This document shows, piece by piece, positions 46,611 to 56,804 of a DNA stretch of 64,000 nucleotides. Below the pieces are notes generated by a model. That model did not search any database. It saw only the letters and a program-made list of their open reading frames with translations, and was not told where the DNA came from. Positions within the stretch are counted from its first letter, which is position 1. Each line of letters begins with the position of its first letter. The position numbers and the translations under genes are program-made. This DNA comes from an uncultured Acidimicrobiia bacterium (GTDB taxonomy: Bacteria; Actinomycetota; Acidimicrobiia; Spongiisociales; JAENVV01), in contig CAWKAG010000032.1 of NCBI GenBank assembly GCA_963847455.1, forward strand, positions 22,169 through 86,168, given 5' to 3'.

Positions 46611-49600
46611 ATGACGAATACCGACCTCACCGAAGGTGGCTTCGGGCCGAACATTTGGCTCGTCGACGAGATGTATCGCAAGTTCCTCGACGCGCCGTCC
46701 AGTGTCTCGGAGGCCTGGCAGGAGTTCTTCGCCGACTACCGCCCGGGACTCACGGCTCATATCCCGGGAACGGCGACGACTGCTCCCGTGGTGACCTCGC
46801 CGCCTGCCCCGATCCCGGCCGCTTCCGCTGCCCCAGAGCGTGCCGGAACCGACTTACCTCCCGGGGCCACGCCCCTGCGGGGTGTCTCCGCCAAGATTGC
46901 CGAACGTATGGACGACTCGCTGGCAGTACCTACGGCCACGTCGGTGCGGACGATTCCCGCCAAGTTGCTCGAAGTCAACCGGCGGATCATCAATAATCAG
47001 TTGGCGCGCATCACGTTGGGTGGAAAGGTCTCGTTCACCCACCTCATCGGCTGGGCGGTGGTTCGAGCGATTGCCGAGCAACCCGACATGAACGTTGCGT
47101 ACCAAGTCATTGACGGCAAGCCCTATTTGATTCGTCACGATGACGTAAATCTCGGGCTGGCGATTGATGTTGAGCGCAAGGACGGATCGCGCAGTCTGCT
47201 CGTCCCGAACATACGCGGCGGAAATCAGATGAACTTCCAGGAGTTCTGGCTGGCGTACGAAGAGATGGTGCATCGGGTTCGGGCCAACAAGATCACGCCG
47301 GAGGACTTTGCCGGAACGACTGTCAGCCTCACCAATCCCGGCACGATCGGCACCGTTCAATCTGTGCCACGGCTGATGGATGACCACGGGTTGATCGTCG
47401 GCGTCGGCGCGATCGCCTACCCACCCGAGTACTCAGCTGCCAACCCTGCGTTCTTGGCCCGCATGGGTATCGGACGGATCATCACCATGACTTCGACGTA
47501 CGATCATCGCGTTATTCAGGGAGCCCAGTCGGGCAGATTTCTCGCCCGGATTCATGAACTGTTGTTGGGCGCCGACGGTTTTTACGACGGAATCTTCGAC
47601 GCGATGGGGATCCCGTACACGCCGGCCAGATGGGCTGTTGATGACAACCCACAGGTCGGCAGTGCCGCCTGGGCCGAGAAACAAGCGCGCGTGTTCCAGC
47701 TGATCAACATTTACCGGGTCCGCGGCCACCTCATCGCCGACCTCGACCCGCTGCGCCAATCACCGCCAGCCCTCCATCCCGAGCTCGATCCGTTGACGTA
47801 TGGCCTCACCATCTGGGACCTGGATCGCGAGTTCGCGACCGGAGCGCTTCTCGACAAGCCGGTTATGAAACTGGGCGATATCCTCGGGTCACTGCGCGAT
47901 GCCTACTGCCGGACCATCGGCATCGAGTACATGCACATCCAGGAGCCCATCCAGAAGGAGTGGATTCAGCAGCGTATCGAAGGCCGACAACCCGAGATGG
48001 CGCGGGAAACCAAGATCCGGCTCTTGCGGAAACTGAACCAGGCGGAAGCGTTTGAGCGTTTTCTTCACACCAAATACCTTGGCCACAAGCGGTTCGGTCT
48101 CGAAGGAGCCGAGAGTCTTATCCCGCTGCTCGATACCGTTCTGAACGCCGCGGTAGACGCAGACATGGATGAAGTTGTGATGGCCATGGCCCATCGCGGT
48201 CGGCTGAACGTGCTCGCCAACACGATCGGCAAAGAGTATGCACGGATCTTCCGAGAGTTTGATGACGTCGACGAAGCCCAGACGCAAGGGTCGGGAGACG
48301 TGAAGTATCACCTCGGCTCGCGGGGCATCCACGAGACCGAAGACGGACGCAAGTTGGCGGTGGCGGTCGTCGCCAACCCCAGCCACCTTGAAGCGGCAGA
48401 CCCGGTCTTGGAAGGGTTTGTTCGGGCCAAGCAGGAACAGTTTGGTTCGACGGGCCATCACAAAGTGCTCCCGGTGCTGATCCATGGTGACGCCGCGTTC
48501 GCCGGCCAGGGGGTCGTGGTGGAGACGTTCAACATGTCCCAACTCCGAGGTTATCGAACTGGCGGAACCGTTCATGTTGTGGTTAACAACCAGGTGGGAT
48601 TCACCACGTCAAGCCTCGACGCCCGGTCAAGCTTTTACGCGACCGACGTTGCCAAGACGGTTCAGGCGCCCATCATTCACGTCAATGGTGATGATCCTGA
48701 GGCCGTTGCCAAGGCCGCCGAACTGGCATTCGCATTCCGCCAGGAGTTCCACAAAGACGTCGTCATCGACATGATTTGTTATCGGCGACGTGGACACAAC
48801 GAGGGCGATGAGCCGTCCTACACCCAGCCGCTGATGTATCGGATCATCGATCAGCGCCGCTCAGTCCGCAAGCTCTATATGGAAAAGCTTGTCAATACAA
48901 AGGAGATCTCGGTCGACGAGGGCGAAGCGCTTCTTGAAGAGTTTCGGGGCCTTCTGGATGCCGCGTTTGCTTCGACGAGAGATCTGCAGGGGTTGCCGGC
49001 CGCCCCGGCGCCACCGGCGCCGTCCCCTAGCCCGGTTGACTCCTCGGTCGACCAGGGCACGCTCGAGCGGATAGTGACGGCCGTCTCGACGCCCCCAGAG
49101 GGCTTTACCTTGCATCCCAAGCTGGTCAGGCTCGTCGAGAACCGCCGGAAAATGTTCGACGACGGTGTTGTCGACTGGGGCATGGCCGAGGCGTTTGCAC
49201 TCGGGTCGATGGCCCTTGACGGGATCTGGGTTCGGCTGGCCGGCGAGGATTCAAAACGGGGGACCTTTTCCCATCGACACGGGAGTCTCGTCGACTACGA
49301 GACCGGCAAGGAATGGATCGCCCTCCAGGACCTCGCCGACGGCCACGCCCGCCTGCGTTTGGTCGACTCATTGCTATCGGAGTTCGGAGCGCTTGGGTTC
49401 GAATACGGGTACTCCATTGGCAATCCCAGCGCGTTCACCGCCTGGGAAGCGCAGTTCGGTGATTTCGTAAACGGCGCGCAAGTGATCATTGACCAATTCA
49501 TCATCGCGGGCGAGGACAAATGGAATCAAGCGTCCGGGTTGGTCATGTTGCTCCCGCACGGCTTCGAAGGCCAGGGGCCCGAACATTCGTCGGCCCGGAT

Positions 49601-50174
49601 TGAGCGATTCCTGCAGTCATGCGCTGAAGACAACATGCGGATCGTGGTTCCGTCGACGTCGACCTCGTATTTTCATGCGCTGCGGCGCCAGGCCATTGAC
49701 CCCGACCAAAAACCGCTGGTGGTCTTCACTCCCAAGAGCCTTCTCCGCACCAAGTCGGCATTCGGATCAGTTGACGAGGTCACGGCCGGCCAGTTCGCTC
49801 CGGTCATCGGGGACGCACTCGCCGAGCCATCGACCGTCAAACGGGTGGTGCTGTGTTCTGGCAAGGTGTACCACGACCTCATTGCCCATCAGCCCGCCCA
49901 TGTTGCGTTGGTTCGCGTTGAGCGGCTCTACCCTTTCCCTGCCGAAGAGTTAGCTGCAGAACTCGGGCGCTACGAGGATGAGGTAGATGTGGTCTGGCTG
50001 CAGGAAGAGCCAGCGAACATGGGCGCCTGGACGTTTGTGCGCCATCGATTGGATGATCTGCTCGGCAAGAACATCGCCTTGATCAGCCGTCCGGAATCCG
50101 CCAGTCCGGCGACCGGCAGCCATCAGCAGCACGACCGTGAACAAGAAGGGTTGCGGAACCAAGCCTTCGCTTGA
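46611..50174 (+). CDS. kgd: multifunctional 2-oxoglutarate decarboxylase/dehydrogenase E1 with fused succinyltransferase domain (Kgd/SucA)
   Basis: 1187 aa. N-terminal FGPNIWLVDEMY, an E2-like catalytic domain (DHRVIQGA), then E1o with a TPP motif (GDAAFAGQGVV). Confidence 0.95.
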   Translation: MTNTDLTEGGFGPNIWLVDEMYRKFLDAPSSVSEAWQEFFADYRPGLTAHIPGTATTAPVVTSPPAPIPAASAAPERAGTDLPPGATPLRGVSAKIAERMDDSLAVPTATSVRTIPAKLLEVNRRIINNQLARITLGGKVSFTHLIGWAVVRAIAEQPDMNVAYQVIDGKPYLIRHDDVNLGLAIDVERKDGSRSLLVPNIRGGNQMNFQEFWLAYEEMVHRVRANKITPEDFAGTTVSLTNPGTIGTVQSVPRLMDDHGLIVGVGAIAYPPEYSAANPAFLARMGIGRIITMTSTYDHRVIQGAQSGRFLARIHELLLGADGFYDGIFDAMGIPYTPARWAVDDNPQVGSAAWAEKQARVFQLINIYRVRGHLIADLDPLRQSPPALHPELDPLTYGLTIWDLDREFATGALLDKPVMKLGDILGSLRDAYCRTIGIEYMHIQEPIQKEWIQQRIEGRQPEMARETKIRLLRKLNQAEAFERFLHTKYLGHKRFGLEGAESLIPLLDTVLNAAVDADMDEVVMAMAHRGRLNVLANTIGKEYARIFREFDDVDEAQTQGSGDVKYHLGSRGIHETEDGRKLAVAVVANPSHLEAADPVLEGFVRAKQEQFGSTGHHKVLPVLIHGDAAFAGQGVVVETFNMSQLRGYRTGGTVHVVVNNQVGFTTSSLDARSSFYATDVAKTVQAPIIHVNGDDPEAVAKAAELAFAFRQEFHKDVVIDMICYRRRGHNEGDEPSYTQPLMYRIIDQRRSVRKLYMEKLVNTKEISVDEGEALLEEFRGLLDAAFASTRDLQGLPAAPAPPAPSPSPVDSSVDQGTLERIVTAVSTPPEGFTLHPKLVRLVENRRKMFDDGVVDWGMAEAFALGSMALDGIWVRLAGEDSKRGTFSHRHGSLVDYETGKEWIALQDLADGHARLRLVDSLLSEFGALGFEYGYSIGNPSAFTAWEAQFGDFVNGAQVIIDQFIIAGEDKWNQASGLVMLLPHGFEGQGPEHSSARIERFLQSCAEDNMRIVVPSTSTSYFHALRRQAIDPDQKPLVVFTPKSLLRTKSAFGSVDEVTAGQFAPVIGDALAEPSTVKRVVLCSGKVYHDLIAHQPAHVALVRVERLYPFPAEELAAELGRYEDEVDVVWLQEEPANMGAWTFVRHRLDDLLGKNIALISRPESASPATGSHQQHDREQEGLRNQAFA

Positions 50175-50184
50175 CCGATTCGGT

Positions 50185-51060
50185 TTAGACAACCGGCGGT
50201 GGCTGGTATTTCGCTTTGGTGATCTTGCCGTCAACGCCTGACAGCTTCCAGACCGACGCTTTCTTCGCGTCGAAAGGTTCACTGAGACGCATGCCCCGTC
50301 GAACGAGATAATTCATGACGTCGGTGATCACATCGCCGTGTGAGCAAACCGCCGAGCGGCCTTCCGCGAGTTCGCGCAGCAGTGCCGCAGTGGCTTTCGG
50401 ATTGGCACCTTCGGCTAGATCTGGGTGTTTTTCGATCTCTATTCCAGTGGCGGCCGACAGGGGCTCAACCGTTTGGACACACCGCACGTACGGGCTTGAA
50501 ACGATGCGGTCCAGCCCGCGGTCGGCATACTTCTCTCGCAGGGCGATGGCTTGCAGACGTCCGGTTGGCGCCAGCGGTCTGGTTTGGTCCTCTCCAGTCC
50601 AGGTGCGGCGATTGCCGGCCTCTGCGTGTCGGATGAGCTGGACCCAGGGTTTGCCGACCCACCAGGTGGCCTTCAGGGATTCGTAGAATTCGCGGTCTCG
50701 CTGATAGGTCAGTTTCTTGGCGACTTTTTCAGCCGGTACCCAGAGGACTTTGTCCACTTCACTGTTCGGTTTGAACGACCCGTGTGAGTAGGCCATCTCC
50801 CAAAGGTGGACGGTCTTGTCCGATCCGCCACCGGTTTCGTACTCAATCGTTCCGAGCAATTTGCCGAGGCGACAATGCAGATTCGTTTCCTCCGCCACTT
50901 CCCGCCGGGCCGTCATCCGAATGGCTTCGCCGTCGTCTTGCTTGCCCTTGGGGAATGTCCAGTCTTTGTACCCTGGACGGTGGACGAGCAGTACGTCGAC
51001 TGATCCCGATTTGTTGGGGCGCCAGATGACGCCTCCACCCGCATGGATTTGCGTGGTCAT
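50185..51060 (-). CDS. mutT1: Nudix hydrolase fused to histidine phosphatase (MutT1-type)
   Basis: Nudix box GKQDDGEAIRMTARREVAEETNL followed by the LIRHAEAG histidine-phosphatase motif. ATG at 51060 after GGAG. Confidence 0.85.
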   Translation of the reverse strand: MTTQIHAGGGVIWRPNKSGSVDVLLVHRPGYKDWTFPKGKQDDGEAIRMTARREVAEETNLHCRLGKLLGTIEYETGGGSDKTVHLWEMAYSHGSFKPNSEVDKVLWVPAEKVAKKLTYQRDREFYESLKATWWVGKPWVQLIRHAEAGNRRTWTGEDQTRPLAPTGRLQAIALREKYADRGLDRIVSSPYVRCVQTVEPLSAATGIEIEKHPDLAEGANPKATAALLRELAEGRSAVCSHGDVITDVMNYLVRRGMRLSEPFDAKKASVWKLSGVDGKITKAKYQPPPVV

Positions 51061-51074
51061 GGTCTCCGTTTTTG

Positions 51075-51287
51075 CTATTGCCACATTTGCTTCCGTTCGC
51101 CGAGTTTGGCAGGAACTGTCGAATCGGTCAGATCGATTTCGGTGAATCCGCATCGAGCGCACGTAGCCATCCGGATTCCGCCGCCCACGAGCGCCGGGGT
51201 GCCGATGGCATGGCCCCGCCGACAAGATCGACTGACCCGATGTTTTCCGGCTTTGCTTGAAGTCGGTTTCCTCCGCAGCATGTGCAA
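51075..51287 (-). CDS. possible small zinc-ribbon-like protein (70 aa), doubtful
   Basis: ORF between luxR-type and mutT1 genes on the same strand. Contains CxxxH and CxxC (CARCG). Codon bias is only moderate. Confidence 0.2.
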   Translation of the reverse strand: MHMLRRKPTSSKAGKHRVSRSCRRGHAIGTPALVGGGIRMATCARCGFTEIDLTDSTVPAKLGERKQMWQ

Positions 51288-51330
51288 CAGACCTTAGTGA
51301 CCGCTGGAGGAGAACCCGGCCATGCGTCGG

Positions 51331-51924
51331 CTAGCGACGGACCGGTCGATCAGCAGGAGATACGTCACTCCAACCGCCCAGCAGCATCAGGTCACGTCGG
51401 TTACTCAAGCCGGCCTTCTTGAGAATGTTCCTCACGTGAGTTGCGGCCGTCGCCTTGGATATGAAGAGTTTCTCGGCGATCTGGGCATCGGTGATCGAGC
51501 CCTGAGCGATCACACTGACCACCTCTAACTCCCGCGTCGTCAGCCCGAGATCCCCAACTGCCGTGGTAGGAATCTGATCGGACAGTGCAGACATCATTCG
51601 TTCGGCCTTTCGCATTGGTTCGGCGAGGTCGCGCACCACTCGCAGCGACAAACCTGCCAGCCAGAAGGCGCTCGCCATAACGGCAAAGCCGAACCAGATG
51701 GCCCGGTTGATGGGTGCGCTTCGGGCGATTTCGAGGTGAGCGATCCCCATCAGCACGAAGAACAAACCGATCATGGCCATGATGAGGGACGCCAGACCAA
51801 TGGTGCGCAGCAGACGTTGGAAGCGGGGTTCGGATATTTTGCGCGCTGCGGAGGTCACGTAGATTCCTGCCCACAGGAACAACGCTGTCATGACGGCGGC
51901 GGTAATCGAGAACGCCCAGACCAT
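51331..51924 (-). CDS. membrane-anchored LuxR-family transcriptional regulator
   Basis: Four N-terminal hydrophobic helices, then a LuxR HTH (LTTRELEVVSVIAQGSITDAQIAEKLFISKATAATHVRNILKK). Confidence 0.8.
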   Translation of the reverse strand: MVWAFSITAAVMTALFLWAGIYVTSAARKISEPRFQRLLRTIGLASLIMAMIGLFFVLMGIAHLEIARSAPINRAIWFGFAVMASAFWLAGLSLRVVRDLAEPMRKAERMMSALSDQIPTTAVGDLGLTTRELEVVSVIAQGSITDAQIAEKLFISKATAATHVRNILKKAGLSNRRDLMLLGGWSDVSPADRPVRR

Positions 51925-52074
51925 CGTAACCTCTCAGTATGTCTTCGGACAGTCTACTGCCCGGACCGGCCCACTCTCAGAACTTTCGTGGGCGGTCGCG
52001 GCTCCACCCTAGCGGTGCCAGTACCACGCAGGGTGGCTAACCGAGCCTGCGGGCTGAGTCGGTAGTATCGACCC

Positions 52075-53154
52075 GTGATTCGCGTTCGACCGGAAGTAGC
52101 CTCCATCAACCCCTATGTTGCGGGTCGAACGACCGCGGCGGTGGCGGCCGAAATCGGGCTTGAGGAGTCCGCCATCGTCAAGCTGGCCTCGAATGAGGCA
52201 CCGGAGGGACCTTTCCCGGGTGTGTCGGGCGCGGTCGCGAAAGCCGCCGCCGATGCCAACCGTTATCCAGACAATGCCATTCGTGGTCTGGCGGCGCTTA
52301 CGGCGTCTCACCATGACATCGAACCCGACAACCTTTGGTTTGCGGCCGGTAGCTCATCGACCTTGCGGGAGGTAGCACTCGCCGTCGGAGGCCCCGGAAC
52401 TTCGGCCGTATTCCCTGACCCATCGTTTGTGATCTATCAACTAGCGACCAAGCTTTCGGGGGCGACGGGTCGTCCGGTTGCCCTCGACAGTGACTTTCGT
52501 GTTGATCTCGATCGACTCCTGTCGGCGATCGACGCCACCACGACTGTGGTCTACGTGTGTAACCCGAATAATCCCACCGGGACCGTAAACGCGACCGATG
52601 ACACTCGACGGTTTCTCGATGCGGTGCCCGATGACGTGTTGATCGTGGTCGACGAGGCATATGAGGAGTATGTGACCGATCCCGACTGGCAATCGATGAT
52701 TCCCGAGGCCGTGAGTCGGCCCAACGTCATCGTGACCCGCACGTTTTCAAAGATCTTCGCTCTTGCCGCATTCCGGGTCGGCTACGCCGTGGGTATGCCG
52801 GGGACTCTGGGTGAGCTGCGAAAGGCGCAAGCGCCGTTTACCGTCACAACGGTGGCACAAGTCGCTGCGGCCGAGTCGCTAAAGAATCCAACCGAACTAG
52901 CGCGGCGGCGGGCCGCCAACGCGGCCGGGCGGCGAGGACTCGAGTCGGGCCTGGCCGATCGATCGATCGGGTACGTCCCCAGCCAGGCGAACTTCGTCTA
53001 TCTGCCCATGGATGACCCGGGTGTGATGTTTGCCGAACTCCAGGAGCATGGAGTGATCACGCGGTCGACCCCTGGCGGCCTGAGGGTGTCGGTCGGGTCT
53101 GACATGGAGATGCGCCGATTCTTTGCCGTCCTGGATAAGCTGAGCTTGGCCTAA
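52075..53154 (+). CDS. hisC: histidinol-phosphate/aromatic aminotransferase (class II)
   Basis: NPNNPTG, VVDEAYEEY, RTFSKIFALAAFRVGY (PLP lysine). It stands alone rather than in a his operon. Confidence 0.8.
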   Translation: MIRVRPEVASINPYVAGRTTAAVAAEIGLEESAIVKLASNEAPEGPFPGVSGAVAKAAADANRYPDNAIRGLAALTASHHDIEPDNLWFAAGSSSTLREVALAVGGPGTSAVFPDPSFVIYQLATKLSGATGRPVALDSDFRVDLDRLLSAIDATTTVVYVCNPNNPTGTVNATDDTRRFLDAVPDDVLIVVDEAYEEYVTDPDWQSMIPEAVSRPNVIVTRTFSKIFALAAFRVGYAVGMPGTLGELRKAQAPFTVTTVAQVAAAESLKNPTELARRRAANAAGRRGLESGLADRSIGYVPSQANFVYLPMDDPGVMFAELQEHGVITRSTPGGLRVSVGSDMEMRRFFAVLDKLSLA

Positions 53155-53231
53155 ACGGCGTCCCGTCGTAGCCTGCTGTGGGCGGTTTTTGAGCGCCCAT
53201 CCAAAATGTGTATTTCTAAGGGGAAAAACTC

Positions 53232-56200
53232 GTGAAAGCCCTCGTTCGCTTACTGTCGCGCTCGGTACAGCGCTATCCATGGTTCACGGTGATTGCCGTC
53301 CTGGTGGTCGGCGTTGGTCTTTCCTACTTCAACCGGTTCACGGTCCAAGCCGACGCCAACGACGGATTCGCACCAGAGGCCGAGGCGCTCGACGCATCTG
53401 AGCGAGTCGGTGACCTGTTCGGTGCTGAGTCGTCGGGTTCCGTGCTCCAGGTGATCGTTTCTGGTGATGATGTCGTTTCAGCTGAAGGCGCTGAGGTTGT
53501 CGGCGCAATCACCAAAGCTCTGGAGTCCTCGGAACTGAGCGGAGATCTCCAGGAGTCAAACGGGCAGCCTCCGGTCATTAGCTTTCTGGCCCCCCTCGAT
53601 AGCGCCGCCGGTCAAGGGCCGGGTATTCAGATCGTCGTGAGTGGACCCGACGTCATCAGCCCGGCGGGGCTGGCCGCGTCACAAGGCGTGCAGGAGGCGG
53701 TGTTCACTTCGGACGCGGCCGACAAAATCCCCACCGATGGCGAGCAGCCACCCGTCACAGGCTTCTTGGCGCCGATCGAAGGGGCTGCTAGTCAGGGGCT
53801 GTCACTGCAAGTCGTCGTTCGTTCGGCTGATGGCGATGTCTTCACGGCTGAAGGTCTGCAAGCGGTCCAGGCCGTGCAGGGTGTCGGGTTCAGTGTCCTC
53901 GGCGCCAAATTGCCCGAGGGCGACCAACCGCCGGTTAGTTCGTATCTGTTGCCGGTCGAGAGCGCCATCGCCCAGGGGAGTGTGCCGGTGGATATCCCCA
54001 CCGAGGGCCTCAAGCAGGCGTACCTCGGTGCGGTTCCGAACCTGCCGCCCGAGGTCCAGCCGATTTTGGCGTTCCTGGCGTCGAACGATGCCGATTTGTC
54101 GGTGCCGATTGCTTCTGCCGGCCTCGTTTCGTTCACGCTCACTGAACCCCCTACCGCTGATGAGGTCGCCGCGATTCAGGCAGCGCTGGCTGATCTCAAT
54201 CTCGCCGTCGGCTACTCGGCGACGGCGCTGCCCCTCATTCCGGCCGAAGATGATTTCAAAGAGGTCTATCGCGAGCGTGTGGCGTTTGTGCCAGCCGAAT
54301 TCGCGCCTTTCCTGGACTTTCTGCTCTCCAACGACAAAGACCCGGCGGGGCCGAGCGCTTCCAAAGGGTTGATTAGCGTCACCCTGTCGGAGCCCTTGAC
54401 CACCGCAGAGGAGGAGAGCCTCGCTTCGGCGATTGGCTCAGCTCAGCTGCCTGACGGCTTCACGGCTTCGTATCTACCTTCGAACCCGAGCACCACCCAG
54501 CTCAAAGCGGCCTACCTCGATCGATTGTCGTTCATCCCGGCCGCTCAAGTCGGTCTCGTCGAGAACCTGCTGAGCACCGATAAGGATTTGAGCGCTCCGT
54601 CTGCGTCGAGCGGGCTGATGATCCTTTTTCTCGACAGTCCTGAGCAGACTGATGCGGCTGAATTCGAAGCGTTCTCGCTCCGTCAACAGGCGTTTGTCGA
54701 TGAGATCTCCCAACTCGATCTTCCTGCCGGATACGACGCGACGGGCTTCTCGTTCGAACTTATCTTCGCTACGGGTGGCGACAGCACGGCCGAGATCGGT
54801 CGGATGTTTGGCCTGGCTGCACTCATCATTGTGGTCATCTTGCTCTTCAACTACTGGCGCCGCCTGAGCGGCCGGAACGGGACGCTTCGATCCGTGCGAC
54901 GAATGTTCGCCACCATGGGTTTGACAATGTTCGCCATCTTCTTGGCGATCGGCATCATGAACGGGATCGGCGTGCTGCTCGGCCCGAAGTATCTAGGAAT
55001 CATCGGGGATTTCAACCAGATCGTCCAGATCCTCCCGATTCTGTTGATCGGGCTTGGGGTGGACTACGGCATCCATATGACCTCCCGGTATCAAGAAGAA
55101 TTTGGCCAGGAACGCGGTGTGGAAAAGGCTACGGAGACCGCGATCCGCACGGTCGGGGTTGCGTTGATCCTCGCGACCGTTACTACTGCTGTTGGTTTTC
55201 TCACCAACCTGGTCAGCCCGATTCCGGCGCTCAAAGACTTCGGAATCCTGGCGGCCGTCGGCATCATGGTTTCGTTCGCCTTGATGCTCACCCTGGTTCC
55301 AGCGGTTCGGTTCCTCCTCGATCGTAAGGCGGGCGACCGCCTGGTAGCTGCCGATTTCGCTGCTGAGGAGGCGAAGGGCGGTCCGGTTGGCTCGGTCATC
55401 GCCGGTGGTGTGGGCGGTGCGGTCGTCTATGCGCTCAGCGTCATGATCGAGGCAGGGATCCGAGATCTGGGTTTCAGCGAGGTGTTCGAGTTGAGTTCGA
55501 TCTGGGTATTTGGCGCCATTGGAGCCGTGGTCGGTCTTACGATCATTTACCTGCCCAAGATTGTGGGACCTACCGGAGTGCTGGCCGACAAAGCCGCAGT
55601 GCCGGTGGTGATACTTGCGTTGCTGATTGGTGTGCTCGGATATATGGGCTTCCGGCAGCTAGAGACGAAGTTCTCGTTTACGGACTTCGTCCCGACGGAC
55701 AACCCGCTCCTGGCCGCAATTGATCAACTGACCGAGGACTTCGGGGGCGGCTTCGGAGAGACTACGAGTGTCTTGATCGAAGGCGATGTCACTTCGCCGG
55801 CGGTACACAACGCCCAGGCCGAGGCGTTTGCGAATCTGAGTTCCACCACTGACGTGATCCTGTTCGGTGATGCGCCGGCGGCTACTTCGCCCCTGTCGGT
55901 GATTGCCGCCATGGTCCAACCGAATGCTCCAACGTTCGATGCAACGGTGGCCGCCGCCGCACAGGCGGTGGGGCTCGGTCCTGACTTGAAGGTGACGGCG
56001 TCGTCTGATCTCTCCGAACTCTACGATGCCGCCGCAAGTGTCGATCCAACCGGCTTTGCGGCGGTCGTACACCAGTCCGATAGCGGCTCATACGACGCGG
56101 CCCTGTGGACCATAAATACTCAGGCTGGCGATGCGCGGGCCGGTGAACTCAACGATGGCCTAGCCGTCGCTTTTGCTTCGGTAGACGAGGCTGGAGCGAC

Positions 56201-56804
56201 CGCTATTCCCACCTCCCAAAACATTATTGGTGATGTGGTGGTCAAGTCCTTGCAGTCGTCTCAGGTGAGCTCGCTGTGGATCACACTGATCGCCGCCACG
56301 ATCCTGCTCATCATCAACTTCTGGGTTGAGTCTCGTCGACCATTCCTGGGAGTGATCACGATGCTGCCGGTTGTCCTCGTAATCCTGGCGACTTTCGGCA
56401 CGATGGCGCTCACCGGTATTCCGTTCGGCCCGGTCACCGCGACGATATCTGCGCTGGCGATTGGTATCGCGGTCCCGTACACGATCCATATCACCCACCG
56501 ATTCCAGGAAGACCGGATCCGATTCGAGTCGACGGGAGAGGCGATTAGATCGACAACCCTCCACACCGGAGGCGCCCTGGCCGGTTCGGCCTTGACAACC
56601 ATGGCTGGATTTGGGTCGCTGGTGACCTCCAACCTGACCCCGTTTCAGCAGTTCGGAGCTGTCACGTTCTATGCGATTGCCTACGCATTGCTGTTCTCGC
56701 TCCTGGTGCTGCCGTCAATGTTGGTCCTCTGGGACCGTTGGCATCGCAATCGTGGCGACGCGACCATCGATGAGGCCGCCTTGCACGAGTCGCTAGGCAT
56801 CTAG
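53232..56804 (+). CDS. MMPL/RND-superfamily transporter with expanded, internally repetitive first periplasmic region (1190 aa)
   Basis: TM1 at the N terminus and two 5-6 TM bundles (about aa 520-700 and 1010-1180) with GVDYGIH and AVPYTIHITHRF motifs. GTG start after AAGGGGA. Confidence 0.85.
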   Translation: MKALVRLLSRSVQRYPWFTVIAVLVVGVGLSYFNRFTVQADANDGFAPEAEALDASERVGDLFGAESSGSVLQVIVSGDDVVSAEGAEVVGAITKALESSELSGDLQESNGQPPVISFLAPLDSAAGQGPGIQIVVSGPDVISPAGLAASQGVQEAVFTSDAADKIPTDGEQPPVTGFLAPIEGAASQGLSLQVVVRSADGDVFTAEGLQAVQAVQGVGFSVLGAKLPEGDQPPVSSYLLPVESAIAQGSVPVDIPTEGLKQAYLGAVPNLPPEVQPILAFLASNDADLSVPIASAGLVSFTLTEPPTADEVAAIQAALADLNLAVGYSATALPLIPAEDDFKEVYRERVAFVPAEFAPFLDFLLSNDKDPAGPSASKGLISVTLSEPLTTAEEESLASAIGSAQLPDGFTASYLPSNPSTTQLKAAYLDRLSFIPAAQVGLVENLLSTDKDLSAPSASSGLMILFLDSPEQTDAAEFEAFSLRQQAFVDEISQLDLPAGYDATGFSFELIFATGGDSTAEIGRMFGLAALIIVVILLFNYWRRLSGRNGTLRSVRRMFATMGLTMFAIFLAIGIMNGIGVLLGPKYLGIIGDFNQIVQILPILLIGLGVDYGIHMTSRYQEEFGQERGVEKATETAIRTVGVALILATVTTAVGFLTNLVSPIPALKDFGILAAVGIMVSFALMLTLVPAVRFLLDRKAGDRLVAADFAAEEAKGGPVGSVIAGGVGGAVVYALSVMIEAGIRDLGFSEVFELSSIWVFGAIGAVVGLTIIYLPKIVGPTGVLADKAAVPVVILALLIGVLGYMGFRQLETKFSFTDFVPTDNPLLAAIDQLTEDFGGGFGETTSVLIEGDVTSPAVHNAQAEAFANLSSTTDVILFGDAPAATSPLSVIAAMVQPNAPTFDATVAAAAQAVGLGPDLKVTASSDLSELYDAAASVDPTGFAAVVHQSDSGSYDAALWTINTQAGDARAGELNDGLAVAFASVDEAGATAIPTSQNIIGDVVVKSLQSSQVSSLWITLIAATILLIINFWVESRRPFLGVITMLPVVLVILATFGTMALTGIPFGPVTATISALAIGIAVPYTIHITHRFQEDRIRFESTGEAIRSTTLHTGGALAGSALTTMAGFGSLVTSNLTPFQQFGAVTFYAIAYALLFSLLVLPSMLVLWDRWHRNRGDATIDEAALHESLGI

